A stretch of DNA of 60,196 nt, filler included, from Sphacelaria rigidula (taxonomy: Eukaryota), in assembly GCA_964200075.2 (NCBI GenBank). It is 7 parts of 7 records of this genome, joined end to end, with 100 filler letters (N's around TTAATTAATTAA, not from the genome) between each part and the next. Parts side by side here need not be neighbours in the genome. Positions count along the whole stretch, not along the records: positions 1 to 8,515 come from CAXNAA020010917.1; positions 8,616 to 17,129 come from CAXNAA020010918.1; 5 more parts are not named here. One strand, 5' to 3'. Below are positions 1 to 11,199 of the stretch, piece after piece. Position numbers and translations under genes: made by a program. Within the stretch, counting starts at the first letter, position 1; each line of letters begins with the position of its first letter. A model generated the notes under the pieces. That model saw only the letters and a list, made by a program, of their open reading frames with translations, was not told where the DNA came from and searched no databases.

Positions 1-2547
1 CCTTGTTGTTTGTTTTTTTTTTTTAAGTGGGATTTTCCCCCCAATAAACGCTTTCAAACTCTTCTCGTCTTTTTCTTTTTTTTTTTTTTTGGGGGGGGGG
101 GGGGATGGGTCGCCCGCCCGGTCGTCACGGAGGGTATTTGTATGTCAAGTGTCGCTGATTGTGTCACATCGCTCTCTACACAAGGACGTTACCCACGCAC
201 TTTCCCACTCAATCCAACGCGTGAAAGTCTACACCCGAAGGTATCGATCGATCCAGAAGGATTCACCGTGTAGGAAAAGACAGACCAAGAGATCGAGCTA
301 CGGGCAACAGGCTCACTATGTAACATACGTCTACTTTTATGGCATTTTAGGCTCATTACGCACATCCCAAGATCAGATGGAGCGAGCTTCAAGCAAGTTT
401 CGACACGTGAAAGACAACGCCCATGGAATTGACACGAAAGCGGCATAAGGGCTCCATGACATTTATCGTGGGCGTATCACAGCACGATACGAGTACAAAA
501 AAGGTATCACCACGGCGGTGTCATCCGCCGTGTCACCACATCGGTGCCATCGTGTACTCGTGAAGGTGCATTATAAATTTGTTGTGTTACCATGATGCTG
601 GGCAGGCATACTCTGCATCTCACTCAAGTTACAGTAATATCTTTAAATGAGCGTCGCGAGCATCTTCCTCTATGTTTTCCCCATGTCGCGTCCCTCTTCC
701 CCTCGTATGTTCTCGCCCACGAAGGCACATCCAGCAAATTCGCAAATTTTACGTGTTGTGTCGCCAAAAGATGAAGAAGCAAAAACGCGGGTGTTCTGAC
801 GTGTATGACAACGAGCGCAGCCGTGTTCGTGGCAGCTCGTAAAGATTTCGCATCAAATCACACCATGCCCCCTCCCCTCGTTTCCTCGCGCAAACGAAAA
901 CCTTCCCCCCGTCCCTCTCAAAGAAAAGTCATATCAGACAAGTTATTCACATCATACTCGGCAACATGGTTCGCGTATGCCAGTCGCGTGCTACCGAATC
1001 ACGAGAGACTCACCCTGCCTGTACGGGTTGGGGGTTACCCGCCTGTACAGCCAATTCGAGATCTATCATGCCACAAACGAACCAAGCACCATCGAAGCGC
1101 CACAAATCACACCCACAAGAAGTTCAAGTTCAAGCATGACCAGCACAAGCACAAAAGACACACACACACACACCGAATCGAGGATTCCGAGAATGCTGTA
1201 ACGTAAACCTGACGAATAAATACTCCCAAGAACATCTTCCAGTCAATAAATCGCGCATGGTCACCGCTGAACAAAGCTGACTCTGCTTCTCGCCCTGCTC
1301 CCTCGTCTTTTCCGTAAATCTCCTCGAAAAAAACACACGCTTATTGCGCATATCTATGCTTAAACATAGTGCCATCATCTCCTCCTGGAACCGATTGATC
1401 GATCTGCGAGAAGGGGGAGATGAATGAGTGAGCATCCAACCAAATGTGTAGCTGGCAGTACCGTATAGACGAGAATCCAACGGTATCCCTATGGGCGCGA
1501 GGCCGCTTTCCGAAAACGTTACTTAGTCAGCTACCGTGAAACGTCGGTGACCCCGACGCTATCGCTGAGCACCTCCAGTGCCAACACACCACGTAGTCCG
1601 TGGGTCCTGCCCCTACTCATGCAAACTTGCGTTGCAACTGATGCTCGAGCAGTTTTCAAAGACTTTCAGCGGTCGATCGACGGTCGATCTGTAGCACTTC
1701 GCACCCGAGGGATCTTGTTAACTTGCCAGTTCGATATGCGTACGTGTTTCACAAATTACTCTTGAAGACATGGCCACAACAAAAATATCGCTGCTCAAGA
1801 CTCTAGTGTCATGCATTATACACTGCCTGCTTCGCCCCCGCCTGGCCCCTCTCTCGACCTCCGCTCGTAGCAAGTTGGTAGATGATTTCCACCACAGGCA
1901 ACAAAGAGCAAAAATCAAAATGTACATGTTTGTACAGATAATCGTAATACCGATACCGACGAACTCCGAAGGAGACGCGAGTCGGTTCGTCGTCCGTGAG
2001 TGGTATTCTTCCACGGAAAGATGACAGTAACGTCTGCCAAAGATCAACCGAAACGCATACCACAATGCCACGCAGGAATCGGGCATGCTTCAGCCGGTGG
2101 GGGCGATCTCGTGCATGCCGAAGAGCCGGTGTGCCTTGCTGTAGCATACACGACGACCCATGGAACGAAAGGAGGGGGAGGGGGAGGGGGGCGTGCTCAT
2201 TTGTTGCTTGCCTTAGTCGTTTGACCATTTACCACGCATCCCTTTCGAAACGGAGCACCGAGGAAGATAGAGGGGGGGGGAAGGAGGGATCATAACATAA
2301 ATTTTTCTAAGATGCACATTTTTCTCTTATGTGTATGTAGAGAAAAGGTTGAGACTCGCGTGTGCGCAGCCAGCTACACGTTGAAAGGCAGTGAGCACAT
2401 GCATCTGTCCGGACACAGAACTTGAGTAGCATTAGTAAAGAAGGAACCTTGGACAAAAATAAAGAAGTCGAAACGAACCCAAACTCGTGTGTAACGTGTG
2501 CCTGCATCATCTATACGCGTTTCAATCGGCTTTCTCTTCTCTCTCAC

Positions 2548-3219
2548 CAGTAGCGCACGGCACCGTTAACTCCGTAAGTAGCCACGCTCGTGCACGGACC
2601 GTAGTGACATTCGGTAATCGGAATCGAAGCAGCTGCCGCGCCGCCGCCGTCCCCTGCTTTTTGTCCTTGGCCTCCATCGCTCTTGACCCCCGCACCGCGC
2701 CGCGTGCCACCCTTATTGCTGTTTCCCCTGTCCTTGCCGCCCCTTTGGTTGTTGCTGTTGTCGGCGCCGGTGCTGTTGTTCCTGCCAGCGCTATTGCTGC
2801 GGCCGCGGATGGCAGTGGCACCACTGCTATTTTTCCTTTTTTTCTTGCCACGCTTGCTTCTAGCGGTTGTTCTTCCTGCGCCACCGTTGTCGACATCGAT
2901 TTCCTCGTCTGACTCATCATCCAGCTCCTCCTCGTCGCCCTCGTCTTGCTGGTGGGCCACCCACCTACTAGTGGGGTTCTTCCGGCGCTTGGATGATCTA
3001 AGAGGGGTCGCGGTTGAGGCGGCAAGTACCGCATCATGTGCGTCGGTCGTACTCGCCTCTTTGCCTACGCCAGCGGCAACAGGCACAACGGCATCCTTAC
3101 TGCTTTCGCTGTCGACCATATTGTGTTGTGGCGGTAGTCCCGGCTGTGTCTGTGCTGCGTGTCTCCCATCGGCTTCTTGTTCTTTCCCTCCGTCTTCGTG
3201 TTCATCGCTATTGCCGGCC

Positions 3220-3259
<40 letters not shown>

Positions 3260-4132
3260 CAATAACAGGAGCAGCGATTCCAGTCCCGTGATTGTTGCTC
3301 GCTGCAGAGGACGGTATCGAACTGTTTCCGCTACTGGAGCTCTCACTTGCGACTGCAGCGTCAGCCAACGGTGCTAACCCTTCCGGCGGAACTAGGCCGT
3401 CCGCTTGGCTGCTGTCGCCCGCATTCTCTACGCCCGCGTTGGTACCATCACCGCTACTTGCCTCCAAGTTTGTGGGAATCGCTGCAGCGGTGCCCTCCCC
3501 TGATTGCTGCTGCTGCTGCTGCTGCTGCGGTAGCTGCTCCTGCTGCAGTAGCTGCTCCTGCTGCAGTAGCCGTTGCTGCGGTAGCTGCTGCTGTTTCTTC
3601 CATGCTTCGACCCGCAAGCGCTGCTCCTCTGCTTGCTGCCGTATCTCGGCCGGAGTGAGTTTCACCCACGTTCCTCCGGCCACACCGCCCGCGCCGCCCT
3701 CCCATTCCACCACCGGTGCCCGAACCTTGTCTCCACCACCATCTTTACCATCACCTCCACCAGCACTGCTGCCAGTGGCATCTACACCATCGACACCGAC
3801 ACCAAAACCAAAATCGACGGTAAGGGCCTCGAGAACGACCCCGTTCCGGAGCCCGGCCTCCGCCGCCGCACGTCGCTGCTCCTTGTACTCCTGAATCTTT
3901 CTGGCGTGCTCCGCCTTCATTTCTTTGTTCATCCACTGCGCTCCCTCCTCTACCATACCCGCAGCTTCGAGAGCTTTCAGGGACGGTGCCCGCGCTCGAC
4001 GGTTGCTCGAACCCGCGGCCGCCCTCGCCGACTCTCTAGCCTTGCGCAGTAGCCGCATCTCCGTAGAAGGGGCTCCGCCGAAGGCAAATCCCATGCCGCC
4101 CTTTCCGGTACTCCTAGGTTTCTTGGCTCGAG
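2548..4132 (-). CDS. Internal exon of a large low-complexity (Q/A/G/E-rich) protein; ends in an EsV-1-7-like Cys motif (ECHYGPCTSVATYGVNGAVRY + split TG codon) cut by an intron
   Basis: Long open frame (ORF 2544-4094 extended upstream). Acceptor ccacgcggcag|CTCGAG at 4132 gives ...E-A-R-A-K-K-P-R in phase 1 with the upstream exon. Donor TACTG|gtgaga at 2547. Basic KKKRK stretch resembles an NLS. Confidence 0.75.
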
Positions 4133-5498
4133 CTGCCGCGTGGAAAGGGGGTGTATGTCATGTGCGACGCCAGGGGGGGTAGCGGTGCGGGACAGAAAGA
4201 AAACGGATGGCGGAGGCTGAGGACAGTAAAGAGTACAGACTGGTGTATGAGAAATGGAGAGAATATTCTTGGAGGCGTGCTCGAATTTTGTATCAGACTG
4301 GATTCTATTCTCCACAAAACTGCTTACCCCACAACGCAAGATAAGGGTTGGTATTGGGCTGGGTGGCGCTTTATCAATCTTGCGCGCGGGTAAACACGCC
4401 CTCGAGGACTATTTCGCATCAACGCATTCGTCACGTCTTCTGAACGAACAACTGAAGATCCCCGTGCAGCACACCGCGTAAGGTGTTGAAGTGGTGTCCC
4501 TGGTGAAGCAGGAGGGAGAATGAACCCGGTCGTGTACAATCGAATGTTTTTTGTAACAAATGGAAAAAGGCCACCTGGAGACGTTTGAGTTTTTTTCTAG
4601 AAATTGCGTGACATTGGTCGGGAACTGTAGACTGAGCTTCCTCGAAAATAGTGAAAGAAACAAATAGTGTGGGACGAGGGGAGGTAAATCTTACGCGCGG
4701 GCGTCAGTGGAAGAGCCCCGGCTGAGGTGTAAAGCAAAACGCTGCGGAAAAAACGCACCGACTCACGTACCGATCGTTTTGTCGGGGGCAACCACACCGA
4801 CCATTTGCGGGTGCTTCCCACCGACGGTGGAAAGACACGTATCTCATCCATCGATGAAACGATAGATCTGCGCAAGATTTTCCAAGCAAACCATCGTTTT
4901 GCGGCCAGTAGTACCCCAGTTTAATTGTCGAGATAAATGAATCACACCTGGCGAAAAGAGAAATAACCCTTACCCTGGTGTGCGTTCTGGAGGCGTTTGT
5001 GTACATACAACACCCTGGTGCACCCTCGGAGACAAGTTTTGATCCACGGCGCGTTCTGAAAAATAAAATCGTACCCTCCGAAGCTCTCTCTTAACCCTCT
5101 TGGAACCGTTGACAGAAAAAATGACGATTTACAGCTGACGTTACCTTCGGCAAGATGTGGTTGTGTTCCTGCGAGTCTTGATAATGCAGCCGACCACAAC
5201 GGTGCACCACAACTACTCTAACGTGACAGATTCGTGCACCGAACTCGAGGTGACTTTTCCCCGGTGATGAAAGCTCGTACGTGGGAGTTTTCACTGTTTT
5301 TCGCGAGTTCCAAAAGGGTTAAACGGACTTCAAACCCTAGCGCGAGCCGGCAGCGAGAGCTTTTCTTCGAGAAAAGGAAAGTATGTTACCTCGAGTATGG
5401 GGGGGGTTCTGAACAGGGTTTTTACACCCCGGACAGTTCTTAGGACGCTTGCCACGCCCGCGGAGGACGTATCAACAACGAAACAAGGTATCCCTCAC

Positions 5499-6099
5499 CT
5501 TCCCCATCCGTGGTCGATCCAGCTGACGAAGGACGCGGGGACGTCGAAGGCGCATCCGACGAACCCAAAACACCTAGAGGACTAGCCAGTGCCGTCGCCG
5601 TCACCGTCGCCGCCGTGGCGCAGGCAGTCGAAGCCCTGCCAGTGGGTGATGGCGTTAGAGGTGTCGTGCCGCGGTGGCCGCCCCCTTTAGCCGGTGTCCA
5701 CCCCAGCCTCTTCTTCCGCTTGCCGTTGTTGTTGTTGATGGTGGCGGCGGCGGCGGTGGCGGTGCTGCTGCCGCTGGCAGGGATGTCGGCGGCGGCGGTG
5801 ATTACATCATTACCCGGTGATGCTCTCTGAATTTGTGTTCGTTCATGTTCGTTTTGGTGGTGTTGTTCGGTGCCGTCATGGCCGCTGCTGTCTGGCTCTT
5901 CGCGCTTCAGATTGCCATCACCGCCGTTGCATTCGTTGTCATGGTTGTTGTCGTTTGCCCTCTCCTCCTCCATCCTCCCCGTCCCTTCCTCCCCTACTTT
6001 CTTCTCCTCCGCCTTCTCCCTTTCCTTCATCTCGGGGGGTTGCTGTTGTTGCTGCTGCGACTGCTGCCGCGTATGCTCTTGCTGTAGACTTGGGTCATC
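5499..6099 (-). CDS. Upstream exon of the same gene (DDPSLQQEH...STTDGE)
   Basis: Acceptor cacaccgcag|GATGAC and donor GAAG|gtgagg. Phase 1 matches the 4132 acceptor. Composition is similar (polyQ/N, KRKKR). Confidence 0.65.
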
Positions 6100-8004
6100 C
6101 TGCGGTGTGCGGCACGTTCCCGGGCGTCGAATCCACATGCGTGTGAACATGATATTGGCTGTATTCGATAAAGCGTACTGTATGCAACTGAAGCCACCAA
6201 GCAGCTTCGATCGTGCTGACACAGTACCATTTATCCACGATGTGACACGTGCCACCATCATTCCTGACAATATCCAACGCGCTACTTGAATGTGTGTTGT
6301 GGAGCTGCTTGTGCGGAGAATATGGTACCCCTTGTCGTGGTACAGATCGCGGCGAACAGCGAAAGGGATGGAACAAAACAATGGGCGAAGCTATCCAACT
6401 GATGGACCGGGGGGAGGGGGGGCTAAGCGATGTGTCGGTGCGGATGTCGCTTACGCTTTGAGAGTGACCTGACTGTTTCACGGTTGTAGACATGCCTGAA
6501 TCAATACCGTTTCAGTAACCGTCTCCTATTCTGGAAAGGCTTCATGGGCTGTACCCAAATATGTAACCCTCCGGAAGTGTGGGAAGAACGGACCTTCCGC
6601 ACGCTGTACCGGCCATCACGAAAACCGTTGCATCAAACCCTGTGCAACATCGTGTAGCGGGAATCCCAGGGTGAGGAGCGGCTAACATGCGCTGCTGAAT
6701 TCAAGAAATAAAAGGCTAAGATCATCAGGTTACCGTCTGCAACTCCAGCACAATGCCGTACCACAGTTGCCAGGTACCCTGCAAAACAATCCCAACTGTT
6801 CTTACCGCAAAGGTTTCACTCATCTGTGTTTGTCGGATTATATGTTCTCTGCCTTGTGTGCACACTATTGGTCGTTGATGAATATGGCTCTCTGCTGAAT
6901 TTTCCAGACGTTCCACACCTTGGTCTGGACGATTCATATTGCGAATTCAACTCGCGAGAGGTACGATTTATGATTTCAGTGACTGGGTACAGAGTTGATT
7001 CCAATAAGGGTCCATTGACCCATTGGTTCATTGATTATTACACACTGACTGATCCCCGAGTGATGTGTTTAGGCGTAGTCATTATCCAGAAGATAGACGT
7101 ACGTGCTCAAGGTAAATAACACGGGAAGACTCGGCCAAGGACACTCGAGGAAGGGGGAAGACGAAGGCACTAAGGGAACAACAAACGGAGTGAGCTGAAA
7201 CAAAAGCGAGAAGTGAAGACGAAACGGTAACCTGGTTGCTTGGCTTGCGCAGCGAGTGGCGTGTTTTACAGCGTCATTGTCAACCAACTCATTATCTTGC
7301 ATGCCGTGGTCATCTGACCATTGAGGCTCATGAGGGAGGGGGGCAGAGAGAGAGAAAGAGAAATAAGCAGAGAGCGGGACAGCAGACGAGATACAGATAT
7401 ATTCAGGTGCAGCCTACTTCAAGCGGCAGTTTTCGGGTAAAAATGGGGGTCAGAGAGTGTGTGACGGTGATAGCTTGTTAGCTGTGTCAAGCGCGTTGGC
7501 AATATTAAAGCCTATCCAAACGATGGTAATCCAATTGAGATATGCACCATGGAGTTGAAAATGACGGAAAATGGTGCCGATTCACAAAAACAGAAATCGA
7601 CAATGGGTTCCAGAAGGATTAAGGTCCTACTTGGTAGAAGTTGCCGATCCCGGTAGCAGTGATCCTGCAATCGATGGGGGAGGGGAGGTGTTCGAGCCAC
7701 GTCTTCCACGAAGGAGTTGCTTCAAAGTGTGACTGCAACCAGAGAACTTTATTTGAATGCCCCTGCCGTTGCGATCGCGCCCCGTTCGTCGAAGGGTACA
7801 GGTGACGAACTGACACCATTAGGTCGGGGGAAAACGTGCGTTCGACCTCCCCCGTCAGATGCATCAAGTTCGGCTACTTTTTTTCTGAGGAGTATCTGAT
7901 TTCCATCATTGAAAACGGTAGGATGTACGTGAGTAGCGATGCCAAGAGTTAGTCATGATCCAATCATTAATGCCAAAATACAAGGCGTGCTCCGAGGAAA
8001 GATG

Positions 8005-8370
8005 GGATGGCACCTTGAAAGCACGGACTCGTCCCGAGAAAGGGAAGGGGTTACGAATAAAAGTGAGGCGAGAATAGAAAAGGGGGGGGGGGGGGGGGGG
8101 GGGATGCTTCCTCCTCCCACAAACGTTTTAAGACGCANNNNNNNNNNGGATGGACGTGAGGAGGGATGGCAGGGGTGAGGCATGGTCCAATCGTATTCAT
8201 TCGTTGCTTGCCTTAGTCGTTTGAACATTGACCACGCATCCCTTTCGAGACGGACTCGTCCCGAGAAAGGGAAGGGGTCACGAATAAAAGTGAGGCGAGA
8301 ATAGAAAAAGGGGGGGGTAGCAATACGTGCATTCTTCCACCGCCCAGAAACGTTTTCAGACGCATGCAAG
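8005..8370 (+). repeat. Locally duplicated interspersed repeat
   Basis: cggactcgtcccgagaaagggaagggg..cgaataaaagtgaggcgagaatagaaaa occurs at about 8024 and 8251. The segment gttgcttgccttagtcgtttga..accacgcatccctttcga is also present at about 2200-2250. Confidence 0.7.
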
Positions 8371-8515
8371 CGCACGACAGTTACACACGAGTAGAAATGG
8401 AGAAATGGGGGATCAATGTATCGAGTTTTGCGCGAACACTTGATATCTTGAGGATACTTGCTGCGATTAAACTATATATATAAATATATACATATAACGC
8501 TCTCCTTCTCGATCA

Positions 8516-8615
8516 NNNNNNNNNNNNNNNNNNNNNNNNNNNNNNNNNNNNNNNNNNNNTTAATTAATTAANNNNNNNNNNNNNNNNNNNNNNNNNNNNN
8601 NNNNNNNNNNNNNNN
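8516..8615. other. Artificial contig spacer (N44-TTAATTAATTAA-N44)
   Basis: 100-nt linker with stops in all six frames. Confidence 0.97.
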
Positions 8616-8635
8616 CTCTGAACAAAGTGAGGCCT

Positions 8636-8760
8636 TGGTAGAGCCTAAATCTACGCCTGTGGCGCCGATTTCAACGAAAACACGTTCTGCTCACACGAGG
8701 AGCCGACGGGACTGTCAGTCCTAACTGAATTCCGATTCTCGTTGTACACACTCAAACCAA
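8636..8760 (-). repeat. Partial copy of the TTAGGG-associated interspersed repeat family
   Basis: Reverse complement matches the ...cgttttcgtcgaaatcggcgccacagg..gattt.agg..tacca core seen at 42435-42485. Confidence 0.55.
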
Positions 8761-9399
8761 GTAACATCAACCATGAACATTTGTATCCCAACGCCGGTAC
8801 AGTAACTGAAACCGGAACGCTGGATCGTTTGTTTTATGGAACGCGGATTGAAAATTGGGGCAAACTCATATGCTCAATATGCGACAGAATCATATGCACT
8901 GATGAAATTCAATGAGGATGGCCCTTACATCGGGTGTGTCGTGTTGGCTGGGCGGATGTTGGTCGACTTCTTCGTCATGTTTTGAGGAGTTTGATTTATC
9001 GGACCCCATCGTTCTACAGCTTTAGCGGATGAATGACTCGCCGTGTGCAAGTCTATTTGTTGTTCCGTGGGTATGCCTTTTCATTTCATGAACATGCACG
9101 ATTTTCATCGGACTCCCAAGATATCGTGTTCCAAGAGGGAATGAAAAACCGTCGGCCGTCACCCACCACTGCCGATACAACGGACGCGTGTCTTAGGACG
9201 GGTTGGTGCACTGAAAGGCATGAATGAGGCTTCGGTGCCATGTGACTGCAGCAAAAGTGGGACGACGACTTTATGCTGTCTTTTGTGTCGTCTTGACGCA
9301 GTATAGTTGACCGTTCGGGAGGGTAAGTTGGTCCATCTCGCTTAGAGTGTGAACACGGAATTCCGGATCTTTTCATGGGAGTTGTGCTCCTAGCTTGCT

Positions 9400-9550
9400 C
9401 CTAGCATGCCCACAACGCATTTTTGTCTAAAGCAGGGCCTGGGGCACCGATTTGAGGTCTGCCAACGCACACTTCGCTCAAGGAACACGTTGCACCCGCC
9501 TAGCACGAGGATTCTCGGTATGCCCTTGTTGTGGTTAGGGTTAGGTTTGC
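9400..9550 (+). repeat. TTAGGG-associated interspersed repeat copy
   Basis: ccgatttgaggtct...ttctcggtatgcc...ggttagggttagg; homologous to 42400-42585 and 56725-56945. Confidence 0.65.
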
Positions 9551-10763
9551 TTTTAGAATTTGTTCGCTTCGCTGCGGCAAGATCGCTAAGATAATTTTTG
9601 CTTTCGTTCGTGCGACTCATGATCATGTCTATATCGGCTGTTGGAGTGTGTTGCCATTGCGGATACTGCTCTCTCTTCTTGAACGCCAGCTTGCTCTTTG
9701 GCTTTCTTTTCTTCAGTTCAGAGTTTGTCCATACTTGCTGCCGTCTAATCTACGCTATCGATGGTCGCGTGGTGATGGCACCGGGTGCAGGAGAACGAGC
9801 GCGACTGTTGGCACTATCACAAGCGATGCACAGATGGGGGTGAATATCCGTAGACACGGCAACCTCTAGGGGTTGGGTCAAACGTTCGAATTCTACACCT
9901 GTCGAACATTCCACACATGCGATGTATCAACCATCTGCGTATCAAGAGTCATTCATGGGTGTACCTATTCTGAGGCCCTTGGACAGAGGTGAGATTGTCG
10001 CATCTCGTGGAAACTGGCGAGTGTTTGAGGCGCTTGTTTGGGCTGATAGCCCAATCTGTTTCAGAAAATACTCCTGACCAAGGTCATCGATTCGGAAACG
10101 AATAATTGCATCACTTGCGCCAAAACCACGGCTACAACTTTGGTGCTTGGAGTTTTTTAATTCACCAGCATCCGAGTTTTATAACGAATTAAGTGGAAAA
10201 AACGTGGTTGTTTTTTGCGATTTTCTCGACCACCATAACTTACTTCGCCAAACTGAGCACCAACATCGTAGCCTACACAAATACACGCCGGTGAGTAGCC
10301 GAGCCACGCCGTAGTTCGTACTCCGGGACGAGAAAACTTTGAAACCGTGAAATGGAAACCCCACTCAAATCGGAAGTGCTTTGGGTGATTTTACGGCGTG
10401 CATATTCAGGGGATGAACAAGATCTGCGGTCTGTTCGTGCTTTTGGTCGGTGACACTTTTTTGGCTCATTTTGAGGGGTCAGGCGCGCCCATAACAGTGA
10501 AACAGGATATATTCCATATTTCAGTCCTCCTCCTGGTTTTAGACGGGTCCTTAATTTTTCGCGAGTGCCGAGTGCGAACACTCGGCCATAGTCACGCTTC
10601 TTTCTATTCACCTTGGGTTAACTTATTTGTGTGTGTGAGATCTGACTTGTGATGCGGGCTTCGCACGCTATTGTAATCAAGTAGATTATGTCCCGGTACA
10701 TCTTCAGTTCGCCATTTGTACCCGTTATTCATAGCCCTTTACTTCCACGTGTGGGTGAGCTAT

Positions 10764-11153
10764 TGTCATGAGGCTGGAAGGCGTTCATGATCAAATGCGG
10801 GACCGTATAGTTGCGGGTCTGGTCAAGCTTGACTAGATCAGATGTGAGTTCGATGAAAGGGAATAGACAACAATTCTAGCTGCTCTACCGGTTCACTTGC
10901 GACTGTGGAGCCTCAGCAAAGCTAGCTATTGTCCGGTGAGCGACGTGAAAGAGAATTGAACAGAACGATAACAAATACGAGTGAACACGAGTCTTCAAGA
11001 TCAAGTGGATATCAACCTGCATGCGTGTGAAGTTGTCTCGAGGTGTCTTGTTTCGGACACGAGCATTAAACGTTGCAGCACGGAATACTGGATCGATCCA
11101 TCTGCACAGCCTACAGCGTGCATCCAAGAGCACGCCTGACAAACCTCTTGACA
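10764..11153 (+). repeat. 5' LTR of Gypsy element 1
   Basis: Starts tgtcatgagg and ends cctcttgaca (terminal inverted repeat). Roughly 85-90% identical by eye to 16135-16525. Confidence 0.9.
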
Positions 11154-11199
11154 TCGGCGTCGATATCAATTTTGACCGACGTTGACCCGGTTGGGAATC

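Noticed and set aside
2683-3894. Poly-Cys, poly-Ala and poly-Leu ORFs on the + strand
   Set aside because: Antisense shadows of CAG/GCA repeats in the minus-strand exon
8560-8571. Recurrent TTAATTAATTAA palindrome at regular spacing
   Set aside because: Artificial six-frame-stop linker embedded in N runs
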